A stretch of DNA of 64,000 nt from Epiperipatus broadwayi (Eukaryota > Animalia > Onychophora): positions 19,716,001 to 19,780,000 of the forward strand of contig JAQFVV010000003.1 in the NCBI GenBank assembly GCA_028023455.1, read 5' to 3'. Every line of letters starts with the position of its first letter. The first letter of the stretch is position 1. Positions 35,781 to 49,249 of the stretch are shown here, piece after piece. Under the pieces are notes generated by a model. It saw only the letters and a list, made by a program, of their open reading frames with translations. It was not told where the DNA came from and did no database searches. The position numbers were made by a program, and so were the translations under genes.

Positions 35781-38700
35781 TTGTGATGTGATGTGATGTA
35801 TTATGGCTTCTCCTTAAACGAAGTCAAGAATATCTCAGCAATTATGCCCAGATAAACCTGTTAGCCACTTTATTTTACATTCCCCACTCTAAATTTACCC
35901 ATAATTTGCTCTATCCCATTTCCACAACATAATCTTTGTCAACTCTATAACCTTTATATCTAAATCCCCCTTATCTTTTCCCAAACCCAGCATAAAAACC
36001 AATAATTCACTTTCTGTATAATCACTCTTTTCATATTTATTTTTCCACAACTTCAGTATATGTACCCTTTCTGTTTTCAAACATTTACATTCAATTAACA
36101 AATGCCTAATATTTTCTATTCCTTCCTTACATAATTTACAAAATAAATCACCCATATTTTTCCATTTACATGTATATTCTTTTGTAGCTAAAGATCCCAT
36201 TCGAGCCTTAAACAATAAACTACTTTCCTTACTATTATCATATATTAACTCACACCTAATATTCTGTTTATTTCTATATATATTTAAACTCTTTTTACTC
36301 TCCATACTATTTCTCCATCTCTCTAACTCCCTAGTCTTTATTAATAAATTTATTCTTTTATCCCATTCCTTACTACTATAACACTCAATAATCCTCTTAA
36401 CACAATCATCCCATCTTTTATACAAATATATTGATATAAATTCTTTATCCAAATCTTTTGCATACCGCATTACCTTTCTCACCCATTTTGTTACCTGCCC
36501 TTTACTCATAATCCAATTAAATACTATTTTAGCTATTCTTTTATTATCCATAAACTGCAATCTACCAAACATTTTCATTTTACTTTTTGCATCTCTCATA
36601 TGAAAACTTGACCATCCCATTTCTCCTTGAATTGCCTCCCTTGCTGTCCATACTTCTGCATCCAATGCATGTCTTCCTACTTCCCTTTGAGCTTTTTCTA
36701 AGTAATCTAATATCTTTTTACTAACATATAATGCATCATTACCATATGTTAACCCTGCTACTGCAATTCCTTTCCATATAATTCTAGCTACATCATATTT
36801 ATTATATGAAAATACTGTTAATTTCTTTATCAATCCCTTTCTTTTCTTTGCTTCATTTATCAATTTTTTCTCCTATTCATCCAAATAATTTTTCTGATTA
36901 CTTAAAATAATTCCCAAATAATTATATCTATTCACCACAATTCTACATCTTCTCTTTCCCCAGTATTAACCATCATTATATTTGATTTTTCTTCACTAAA
37001 TTTAACCCCCATCTCTTTACCCACCCTTGCACATGTCCTCAACATAACTTCCATATCTTCTCTTTTTTCTGTACACAAAAATATATCATCTGCAAAAAAA
37101 AGACCTGACAAAATATATACTCCCTTACTACCTATTAATGGTATCTCTATCCCTCTTCCTAATCTTTCGATTGCTCTTTCCATTTCACTCAAATACAACA
37201 CAAACAAAATAGGTGACATAGGGCATCCTTGCCTTAGTCCCACACCATTTTTAACTTTAATTGATTCTATATTCTCTAATTGATATATATAATAATTATT
37301 TTCATATAATTTCTTAATAATATCTATTAAAGCTTCATCCATTCCCAAATTTGCTAAACTTATCCATAATCTATTTCTATTTACTCTATCATATGCCTTC
37401 TCTATATCTATAAAACTCATATATAACTGTTTACCTGCATTCCTACTCATATCCATAAGTTGTGTAACTACAAATAAACTATCTCCTATACGCCTATCTG
37501 ACCTAAAGCCTCCTTGCATTTCCCCCACTACCTTATTTTCTTTCATTCACTTTGCATCTCTTCCAGCCACCATATATGAAAAAACTTTATATAAAACTGA
37601 TGTTACCGCTATTGGTCTATAATTATTTAACTTTCTATGATCCTTACCTTTTCTTTTAAATAATAGTCTTACTCTTGTATTACTCCAGCTACCCGGAAAA
37701 ACTCTCTTCTGTGCCATTTTATTAAAACAGGATAATAACTTTACTTTTGCCCTATATCCTAAATTCATTACCATCTCTGCTGCCCATCCATCTAAACCTC
37801 TTGCCTTCCCACTTTTCAATTTCTTCTCTACCTCATTTAGTTCATTTTCTGAAAAACTAATATTCCCATTACTATATTCTTTCATATTTTCTAACACTCT
37901 ATCATTCACACCTAACATCTTTTCTATATTCATTACATAACTATTTAAGATTCTCTCTAAATCTTCTCTAGAGCTACACTCTGTTCCCTCATCATCTAGT
38001 AATACTAACTCTCTCTCCCCCACATTTCTCCTTTTAATATAATTCCAAAATTTTTTACTCCCATCTCTTCCACTTTTATTAATATCCTCCAACAATTTAC
38101 TATTCAATTTCATTCTCTCTCTATAAATATCTATTTTAGCCAACTTCTTCTTTTCTAAGTACTTTTCCCATTTAGCATTAATATCTTTTTCACTTTCCTT
38201 ATTCTTAATAGCACACTTATATTCTCTACATGCTTCTTTCTTTTCTTTTACACTTTTACTAATTCTCATTTTTTTATTACTTTTATTCTTCGGAATATTC
38301 TCACCTAAAACCCTATTTGCCACTTTTTCTACTTCTTTACACCAGTCCTTATACTCATCCCCAACCCACTCTTCCATTATTTCTTCAACTTGTATTTTAT
38401 ACTCTTCCAACTTATTCTTATCATTCACTCTCCATCCACATCTTTCACTATTATTTCTACTTTTATTTCTATTCTCCATCACATTATTAACCATTTCAAT
38501 TACAATGAAATTATGATCACTAGTACATACTTTTTCTTCATTATCACACACCTTAATTTTCCATATTTTATTTATTCCCTCTTTCTCTACCAATACATAA
38601 TCTATTGTGTGAAATATATTATTTCTGAACCATGTGTATTGTCCCTCATAAATATTTAATAAATTTCCAATACTCAAATTCACTTTCTGACAAAAATTCT

Positions 38701-39055
38701 TCAAAAGCTGTCCATTTTAATTATCTACACCATCAATTTCTTCAATATGTCCATTCATATCCCCTATAACCATTATTCTCTTCCCCTTTTCTTTAAAACT
38801 TTGTATATCCTTAACTAGACATTCATATATGTTACTATTCCACTCCAATATAATTTGATTATCCCCAGTAGCTATACAAACTATAGCCACCATCCATTCT
38901 TGTCTACCCAACCTTATTTCAAACCAGAAATGTTCTTGACATTTAACAATATTCAAATATTTTTTTGATATAACACCTATACCACCACCCCTTTTTTCTT
39001 TTTCTTTTCTATTTATATCCTGCCATACCAACTATTTTTTTTCCATACAATAATG
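35781..39055 (-). mobile_element. LINE (APE-RT-CCHC), copy 2, 5'-truncated, less decayed
   Basis: ORFs 38717-39031, 37547-38704, 36932-37546 and 35895-36863 show the same motifs as copy 1 (GDMNGH, TSDH, FIDIEKAYDRV, GLRQGCPMSP, FFADD, CKLC..HLLIEC). There is a W-to-stop at ~37547 and a small deletion/frameshift near 36930. The (CATCA)n tail is at 35781-35798. Confidence 0.95.
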
Positions 39056-39639
39056 CCACCTAGTGTAAGATCTGGTAATTAATAAATGCTAGACACAATC
39101 TAATATCTTCAGATTAGTTTCTAGCTTTCATTAGTGGGGAGCCTTGGATGTTGGAGCAGTGCACTCGAATATTTGGGTTTAATGCACCCTTCCAGAATCT
39201 ATCTTTCATTTTTTGGCTAACTATAAAAACTATCAGTTTAAACTGAAAACATAATAATGTTTTCAATCCAAGCTAATTTTCCTGTAGTTATAAAGATTTG
39301 AATCCAGTATCTATATATCTCTGTTTTTTCAGTAACTATTGTCACTTCTACCTTTTGGTTAGGATTAAACCATTGTTAGACATCATATGATCACTATTTC
39401 TTTAAAACAGCTTCTAAGGAGACCATAATATTTGGAAATTGAACTGATTTCAGATAATAATGACTATACAAGCAAGTTGTCTTAAATAGAAAACGACTAT
39501 GTTTATCAATTTGGGCTGATAGCTTGATAATATAACAAAGAGGTAAATAATAGTAGTTGAAAGTAAGCTACATTAGATCCTAAAGATTCAGTTGCACTGT
39601 TCCAAGATTCCAAAACTTCTCATTGATGAAAGCCATAAG

Positions 39640-40390
39640 CAGAGCTGGCCCAAGGGTGATGTGTGACTGCATTAAGCCCACGCTTGCATGATCTACACTT
39701 TCTGTGAAAATTAAAAGTTTTATTACTTGCTAAATGTAATTACATTTCCCCTTTTTTTTTTGTCAAAATTTCTGTATTTTGAAGGTGCTATCATATCAAA
39801 GTAATATAATTGTAGAAGCACTGATTGTGTGATGATGGAAATTTTTTAGCTAGATATAATGGACATGCTTAAATATTTCCAGTGTTTTGGTCATGTTAAT
39901 GTAAAATCAGCATAGATCAAGAATGATTCCCTTCATTTGCAATTTTATCTATTGAATCAGAATTTGTAGAAAAGATTATTAACAAATTTGCAAAAAAACA
40001 TTTAAGGAAATAAAATATATTTTTTTGCATTATATGTATTTTATTTTGTTTTCTCAAAACTGCAAAAAGCTATATTCATTCAATAAAATTGCACAAAGCT
40101 ATATTTATAAATAATCATAAATAAGTATTTATTTATATATTAAAAGTATTAATTTGTGCAATTTTATTTTGAATGAACAAAATAAAATACACATTATACA
40201 AAAAATTATATTTTATTTTTTTGAATGTTTTTTTTTTTTTTTAGCAAATTCTCATTCAAAAGAAATATATCTATATCTGCAAATAAGATAATTTTTTAAA
40301 AATATCTAAGTATTTTTATTATGAGTAAAAAAAACCCTTTCCCACATGAAAACATTGCTCAGGGCCCCACTTTTTTGTGTGTTGGCCCTG
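39640..40390 (+). mobile_element. Non-autonomous hAT-family DNA transposon derivative
   Basis: Termini CAGAGCTGGCCC and GTTGGCCCTG resemble CAGGGCCGGCCC TIRs. Internal SFAILSIESEFVEKIINKFAKKHLRK* matches the hAT C-terminal dimerisation region. A nested AT-rich inverted repeat lies at ~40021-40205. No 8-bp TSD seen. Confidence 0.7.
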
Positions 40391-42206
40391 AAGATTTTGG
40401 ACAAGGATTTATTATTTCTGATATCTTGCATCTATTATTACTAAAGTGTGCCGTAAGTGGCATACAGAAAGTTATAAAGAATGCTGCTTATTCAACACTC
40501 TGGAAAAAATAATAAATATTAAACTTTGTAAATAATTTTTATTTGTCTGAAATACTTGAATACAATTTATTTGTTATTCTTATTTTCATGAAAAATTAAA
40601 GTGCATTTTAACAAAGTAGGCACTGATAATGTGCATAAAGAAAAATTTACAGAAAAAATATCTACACAATACAGTATTTGTAAATTGACGTAAAGCATTG
40701 AGACATATGGAATGATAGAATATATATTTAATACTTATTAATATATTTTTAAAAATATTAATTATGTAGTTTTTGTTAGTCAGCCCAGTTGGAGGTAGTC
40801 AGACAACAGTTTTCTCTCAGACCTGAATGACAGGACACACATCCACTATATTGATAAAGCAGTGAGGCAAATTCACATTAGAATTAGAAGCTGCTAGGAT
40901 CTAAATCAGACATGAGGCAAGCTGTTATAGAATAGCTGGAGGTGTCATCATACTTACTCATGAGGCAAGCTGTAATGGTACAGCTAGAATTGGTAGGTAA
41001 ACTTAAAATGGTATCTGAAGTCCCTTATATTAATAATAACACAGCAACTACATGCTATACCTCACCAACAGTATCAGATGAAGGTATAACAGTTGTATAA
41101 ATTATAAATACATATTTGTTTTATTAATAAATATTTAATCATATTTTTATAAGTTTGTGTTTATTATAATCATCCAATAACACTAAAATAACTATTTAAA
41201 AGGGAAGGAAGGAAATAAAACCTTTTTTAAGAGTTCAATTTATTAACAAAAATGCCTAGATAGGAATTAATTTTTTTCTCTCTAAAAGTTGCAAGCTATT
41301 TATTTCTTTCATTCTTATTCATACCAGCAAGAGACATTTTTTTTAAAAAGGAAAAAGAAAATATTTTTTTTAAAACTAAATTCTAACAAAGGTACTCGGA
41401 TTTATTACATATAATCTTGAATAGCATCGATATAAAAAAAAAAGTTGTGAGAGATGCCAGTTTTTATGTTAGAGAGAAAAATTTCTTGTTCTAAAAAAGT
41501 TGTGACATCATCATTGTCAAGGATTTTGGATCACTGCAACCAGCAAAAACTGTTTAACAGCATTATAGAAAGTTAAACGGATTAGAATGGCATTTTCAGA
41601 CAATTAAAAAACAGCTAATTTGCAAATTTTAACTGCAGCTAAAATCTCACTATGCTGGGATGAAAAATCTTATTAGTACACTGGTCAACTAAACCGGGAA
41701 ATATGTAGCCAATTTTAAAACTATCTTGTTCCTGCAAGCACCAACCATTGATAAATTAGAACAAACAGTATCTATCATCTTCCACATGATTTTTGTCAGG
41801 CTTTTCATGATAAATGCATAATCTGGTCATACCATTATTTTATCTGCAAAAGATATCAAGAAAAGTATAACAAATGAAGTCTTGATCTTTCCTGACAGCG
41901 ACTATGCTATAAATCGTTTTTTCAAAAGGGTTCAAATCCATATATTTTTAATAGATTAAAAGGTAAAATCAGAATTCTGATTCTATGGTAAGGTAAAAAA
42001 AATTTAATGTTCCCTGAATAATTTTTTTGAATGCTAAAGCAAATAGAATTTATAATTAACTTTTTATTCAATTATTAATGTTTATTATAACTTGTATATA
42101 TCTGTTTATTGATTTATTTCTATTTTGACAATCTTTATTTGTATTATTAAAGTTATAGTTAAATAATAATCAGGTACTTATGTCACATGATCACCATTTC
42201 TTATGT

Positions 42207-42269
42207 TTACACAGAGGCTAAACTTTAATCTAGTGTTGCTACTATATGAAGCATTTAGCCTCTGTGTAA
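42207..42269. repeat. Small hairpin with perfect 16-bp arms (mini-MITE or miRNA-like hairpin)
   Basis: TTACACAGAGGCTAAA (42207-42222) and TTTAGCCTCTGTGTAA (42254-42269); TA dinucleotides flank CACAGAGG...CCTCTGTG. Confidence 0.75.
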
Positions 42270-45200
42270 GGTACTTACGTATTAACATGGCACTGATGGC
42301 ACAAACAACTGTGTACATATAATCACATTAAACATATTTACAATCTTCTAAAAAGGAAATGAATTAATTTTGTAAGTGAATATTAGATAATATTCTGATA
42401 AAGAATGTAATTGGTCAAAATGTTGATTTTTTCATCATTTTATGATTTAAACTATGCTATGATGTTGACATGAGTAATTGATCACATGACAAAAGTAATG
42501 TGTACAGAAGATTTATTGTCCATCTTTAATGCTTGCAAACTGAATGTATATATTTTTTTACAAATGATTAAAATTTGGGAACTTCCCATTATGGAGGATG
42601 ATCCCTTAGAGGTTGTCATTTTTCCAAATTGATCTATTAAGTTTGTCACAAGCCCCCATAAAGGCATTATTTCCCAAGATCACAAGAATAGAAACTTATT
42701 GCTGGACTAATACATATGTGACATTGCAATGCGAAGTAATCTCTCACTTGCTTAAAAATACAATTCAAGTTCTTCGGTTGTTTTTTTTTAACAGTGAGAG
42801 ATAGAGGCAAGTTTTGAGAAGGAAATTAGGCAAGAAGTTAGACCCTGGATTATGTCAGCAATTATTTGCAGAGAATAAATGTTTTTATTGCATGGATGCT
42901 GTTTGCTAAAATGGTTAAAGAAAGCAAAATGGGATAGATCATTTAGTACTAGTCTTTTCCCCTCGTTAACATGTGAATCTGTACATAATTGTTCTTTATG
43001 CAAATGCCTGCCTAATGGAAAAAATGATAATGTAAAGTAGATATATGAATCTGAATCTTTTGTGCCTCATGTTTTTACACATGAAGAGTATGCTGAAAAT
43101 TTTGAACTTAAATATAACAACTTAAAACTTTTTTTTTATTTGAAGAGAATTTATCTCCAGGTTTTTCTTTGTTTTTTATTAAATCAAATATTTAAAATAT
43201 AAAAGAAAACCATACACCTCGGGAAATAAGGTTGTTTTTTTAAAATAAATTTTAACCTATTTAATATATGATATTGTTTTATTTTTTATGTCTGTACAAT
43301 TTATGAATTAATGGAAACGTATACATATTTGAGTGTGCGTGTGGTATAATATGGTATTATTTTAAACCTCCCAAATATGTAATTGATTTTTTTTTAGCGT
43401 AAATGTAATTGATAATTCAATCTTTACGTACATATTTGTATGTGTGCGTAAATGAAGTATTATTTATTTTATTTTGTATAAAAATATTTAACTTATAAAA
43501 TTCAATGTTTTTTTCAATTATTTATTAATTTTTGGATAATATATATGTGTATTTTAATCATATATATCCGTGTAAGAAAAAGAATCGAGAGGTGGGTGTT
43601 CACTTATATCTAAATATTGTATTTATCCAATATGTTATATTGCATTAAAATTGTATTTATGGGTTTCATACATTTATTTAATTTAATAAATTAATTACTG
43701 AGTTGTGTGAGCATTTGGTGTTTTGATCATCTCACTCCATAGCAAATATAAATTATACAATGTTTTATTTATTTTTTATACTGTATACCACTCACCTTGA
43801 AAATTTAAGAATATTCCGCTTTCATCTGGCATATGCTATAGAGAACTGTAGGTGGATATCTATATAAGACTCCTCTTAAAGTATTGTTTCTCTGAAAAAA
43901 AAGTGGCACATGAAGTCTATGTAATTCAGGCTTCAGAAAAATACTGTATTAATGGAAAATTTTGCTGATTCTTATAGAGATTTATACCAAAAAAGGTGAG
44001 GAAATATAACTAATGATTATTAGTTTGATCTCATTTTTAATAACAGATTTTTATTTTCAGTGTATTTTCTAATTGGTTTGAAATAATACCATATATGGAT
44101 GTGTCATTAAGTTAACTTATGTTCTCCACATGTGAGGCCTATAGTAGTTAATTTAAATAACTAAGTTAATTATGGATTTCACTGTTTAGAAATATATAGC
44201 ACCCTGTGTAAGCTATGTATTAGTGGTGTAGGGTTACATAGTTGAATGTTGTAGTGAGAGTGAAAGGGATAGGTTTCTGGTATAGTAAATAATACTTATA
44301 TGGTTATTTATGTTCTAATTATAAATGTGAAACAAGAAAAGATATAATCGTGTTAAGTACATTATTTACTAAAAATGCTTTTGACTAATCCATCAGATTC
44401 ATTGTGCATTACTTAAATTAGATATTTACATACTTCATTTTTTTGATAGTGGAATGCTTGATTTTTTTTTTATTAATTGCATAGGAGTCTCTAGCTATAG
44501 CCCATGCTTTCTTAAATCTACATTTCCTGTCATCCCTTTAGTCAGATCAAATGCATGATCAGATATGCATTCGTGTTCAAGAAATATTGATCTGTGTTCA
44601 GGTTCTTTTTTGATCTGTTGTGCAGATACATATGCTGGGCTATCCTCATAAAAATATAGGCTCATGATTCACTGTAATATAGAGCATTGCATATAGGGGC
44701 ACTGCATGCAATTTTATAAACAACCTGAAAAGCTTACTCAGGCAGTATTTTGTTCTTTGCATTATTAAGCAATTTATTTAGTAATTTGGAGAGGGAGTCT
44801 AAAACTAACATTATAAATATCAGCATATATGTTTTTAGTTATAAGACAGTCTGAGAATTTAAGAAAGGCTTATCCAAGGTATGGATTCTTTTTATGAAGT
44901 GGGTTATTTATATTTGCATAAAATTGTCTGATCATTCTAATTAGCTTGTTACTGTTATATCCTAGGTTGATAGGTCATTGACCACATCTATGTTAATTTT
45001 GTGATTGGCTTCATGTTTATACAGGTTAATGTTTCTATGTAAGAAGCTTTTAAACCCAGCCAATTTATGCTGCATGAGTTTCCTAGATTCCAAGTGGATA
45101 GTTCATCTTACATCAAAAGGTTTTAATGTCATTTTATAATCCAGTATATTGTGATTTTTATTTTGTATGTAAAGATATAGGAAGTTAATGAGATGACAGA

Positions 45201-45441
45201 AAATGTAGATTTAAGAAAGTATGGGCCATAGTTACAGAACCCTAAGCAATTAGTAAAAAAGAATTAAGCATTTCATTATAAAAAAAAATGGAATATGTAA
45301 ATATCTAATTTTCTTAATGCACAATAGTTTTTAAAGTTGTTTTACGAACTACAGAACAATTGAGCACTATGAATGTGATGGATTAATTAAAAGCATACTC
45401 AGCAAATAATATACTTCATAGATAAAATAAGCACCTCCATA

Positions 45442-45485
45442 CCCTCAAGATGCATTTCGTGCTGAACCAGCACTCATCAGGTGGA
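45442..45485 (-). ncRNA. Minimal type I hammerhead ribozyme motif with canonical core and weak helix I
   Basis: Minus strand reads CCAC CTGATGA GTGCTG GTT CAGCAC GAAA TGCA TC TTGAGGG: perfect 6-bp helix II, palindromic helix III ATGCAT and an AUC triplet. Helix I pairs poorly. Confidence 0.65.
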
Positions 45486-45948
45486 CCAGGTCACTATCTC
45501 TCATATATATCTCTATTACATGAAGAGTATTTATCTAGAGTAAATTGTTATATTTTCATTTACCATTGTCAAACTTCCCTCCACTCACAACTTTGACGCC
45601 ATTCATTTCAGATAAATACAATAATGACTATTATTAATCATTATTGAAACTAAAGATTAGCTCTAGCACAGATATAAACTTTAAATCTCAATTAAAGATT
45701 AGTATATCTGATTTTTTTAATTTTTACACACGCAGAGTTATTCACCTTTCTCTTTCCCATGTGTAATATCTATATAGATATAATAAACACCTCCATACTT
45801 CTCCATTCTTTCTAAATTCATATAAATAAATATATAATAAAAGACAAATGATCCCCAAGATGCAACCCTTAAGCTATCAACAATCTCAACCTGTAATCAA
45901 GGCAACCTCCTTTAACAATTAATCCTACCTTTATCTGTGCTCTATATC

Positions 45949-46116
45949 TATATACACACAAGATTTCAACTTGACCAAGAAATATGGAAGTTATAATTGA
46001 CCATTAGTCTGCTTTCAGAACAAGTTATATTTTCCTGATTAATGAGGTCTGTTTAACATCTTTGCATTATTATTCTTACACTCCTTGGTCAAGTTGCAAG
46101 CTTTAGTGTGTATATA
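45949..46116. mobile_element. MITE-like element with ~31-bp imperfect TIRs
   Basis: TATATACACAC-AAGATTT-CAACTTGACCAAG vs CTTGGTCAAGTTG-CAAGCTTTA-GTGTGTATATA. Confidence 0.5.
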
Positions 46117-49100
46117 AACATATCAGATCATAAATAAAGATAATACCACCATTATTGAACTACAGGTCAAGATTATTAATAGCTTAGGGATTGATTATTA
46201 TATTATTGTTCAGTAAAGAAGAGAGTCTTAATTTTTTAGAATTATTATTATATATTATTTTAATTATATGATTATTTTATAATGGATGTAAACATATTGG
46301 AGCTCATAAGTTGAATTCAATCTAATTAAATGATTTTTCTCCAATATGAATACATACTCACCTAAATATGTTTTTTTTTTTACTGTAAATATATTTTTTA
46401 TTGTATTCATATTATTTAATGTCTAATTGTCCATTTCTCTTATTCCAAATCTAGTTAAATATTGCTATTACACACATCCATCTGACACATTGCTATGTTT
46501 TCTTTTGAGCTAGTAGTGAGTAAACAGAGGGCCTAATATATAAGAAGCTAGAGAAGGACTTGGACCCAACCTATAAATGTTTCTCATTTTAGAGTTGACA
46601 CTCTAATCTGCAAAATGGCAGATGTATATATAAATATCAAGTGGCAAGGGATAGATCCTCTCTGTACTTAAACATGTTACATGGGAATGATAATCAAGAA
46701 ATATGGATGGATACCTAGTGTGTTCTTCATTATTTAAGATATTCAACCAAAGATAGTCAATATCATTATTCCTAACACCATTAATCCTAGAGTTTAATCC
46801 TCATACATTCTCATATAAAATTGTATAAATCTAAAAGAGTAAAACAATAGGCTCAGTTCAATATGCACAGATATACACTTTTGGCATATGATAAAATTAT
46901 TAGATCTGAATTTTAACTAATTAAATTTAAATAGAATGGATGTTAATGATAAAATCTTATGTTACTTATATAACTACTTATGTAAAGTATTGTGGTTATA
47001 TTTCCTGATCATCATATATTAAATCATCTTTCAGAGGGTCTCAATATTTATCCATAAGAATTTATTTGAATGTCCAATGTTTCAATTTCTTTAACTCTAA
47101 TTTGTGATGCCACTTTCTCCTAAGAAAGAATACCTGTGGGATATATTGCCCTCTGGCAGCACCATCAGTTTTCTCAGCAACTACTCTGCTTTACATTAGC
47201 TCAGAATGTGAAAGCTCAGGATCAATAAAGGATTGCTTTGTACACATTGGAGATGAGACTATTGAGAGAAGAATAGCATAGATAACTAAATAATATAAAT
47301 AATATTAATTTTTAGTTAATCTTAACTGCTATATGAAAATTACCTATGGATATTATTACTTTATGAATAAAGTAACAAACCAATAAACATAATAAAGAAA
47401 TAATATTAAAGATTAAATATAAATGCCAAAATTAAATATACACATTTGTATAAAATATATATCAATTGATGTTACACTAATAATATTCATCAATAATAAA
47501 TAAAAAAAATGTGTATATTCAAAATACCTGTAATAAAATATGGAGATCACTCATTTATATGCATAAAATCTTAAAAAGGTCTTACTGCTGCTTCTTTAAA
47601 TAATTGAGTAATCTTATTACTGGCTAAATTCATGTCTGAGTTGTTCTATCAAATTAAATCAATTTCAGTAGATTGATTGAGATCAGATTTATCTTGATTT
47701 TAATAATCTATTGCTTAAATATATGGGTTATACAAGTGATGAGAAACAATTTTTCCATGGATAAATAAGCTATATTTCATATCTCCTTCATCTCTGGACT
47801 CCTTATAGGTAATTTTTGAGATTGATAAAATTCCACTGTTCAGGCTCAAATGGGATTAGCATATCATTATTACTATTTGAAATACACAGAATATTGCATT
47901 CTAAGTGTGTTTGATTCAGTATTGACAAGTAGTATAACAGTGACCTTTTTTGATGGTGTATAATATTCACCAAGATAGATCTGAAATCTTTTCAAGCTAT
48001 GCCATACTGGTGATATTCACTTTGGCTCTGTTTCCCCTTCTTTCTCTTATATAGTCTTCAGCTGAAGGACAACTGTTACCATAAATCTTAGAACTTTAGC
48101 TTGATTTCTTTGTTTTTATTTTTCCTTGTTTTAGTAATTAATCACTAATCAGTTAATTTTTTTCTTTTTTATTCTATAATTACTCTTAATTATATGTTGT
48201 TCTTTTAAATTTAACTCTAATTAAACCCTATAATTATTTTAGTTTTTCCTTTTCTCATTCTTTTTTTTGTTGTTGTTGTTGATAGATTTTAATCTTGATT
48301 CGATTCAAATGTTAAGCAGGGTTAGAAAATTCACTCCAGATTATATTTAAATCATTGAATCTTTGCATTATACATTATTTATACACTCATATTCTCCTTT
48401 ATCTTATCCATAGGTGACTATAAATTAATTTTTATAACCCTAAGTCATTTTTTTAATGAAAATATGAGCAATTTCTTCACAATTTTGCATAGTATAAGAT
48501 ATGCAACAGTTTTATGATTATTTTATTTACTTAAATTATATATTCATATGAAAATAAGATATTGAGAGAATCTTTATATATATATATATTTATTTCATTT
48601 TATTCCACAATGTATGGTTTATCCCCTGATTTAAGCTTGATTGAGGAGTCTATAATATATGATTATACTAGAGCAAGCCAAGTTTATATTATAACATATT
48701 GAAATATTTGGTTTTTATCCAGAGTATCTCTCAATTCAATTCTACCATATTGTAACCATCCATCATCCAATAAAGTGGGGTCATCATTTCTCACAATACA
48801 TACATTTTGGAACTACTTCATTTTCAGATGAATTTAACATAAACACATACAATAACTTCTAAAAATTTACAAATATCCTAATAATAAATCTTCAATTTAT
48901 TGTCAGTTCAACTTTCATATGTAAAAGATAATCACTGCTTTTCACTCTGGTCTAAGATCTTACTATAGACAAGAAAATTGTCACAGAGAATGAGAATTTC
49001 ATAGCCATAGAAGTTTAAATACACCCCCTTAAAAAGGAAAATATAAACTCTTCTGAAAACAGACAAATAAATAATCATTATTTAACTTTCAAATCCCACT

Positions 49101-49249
49101 TTTATCAATTATTTTTAGATAATAAAGGTGATTTTGCTAAGTGATATCAAACAGTCCTATTTATACATGCTTAATTCTTACATATGAAAGCCCATTTGTT
49201 ATTCATTTTCATGTGCACCTATGACCATTTGCATTAGTTTCTACAGATA

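Noticed and set aside
40765-41182. Solo-LTR-like segment (TGT...ACA, AATAAA, internal CATGAGGCAAGCTGT repeat)
   Set aside because: No matching TSD, PBS or PPT, and no second copy in the window.
41380-43050. Moderately GC-richer stretches with 60-70-aa ORFs (42482, 42613, 42788)
   Set aside because: No recognisable motif; probably decayed transposon sequence.
47600-48060. Possible Penelope RT remnant on the minus strand
   Set aside because: The motif resemblance is faint and interrupted by many stops.
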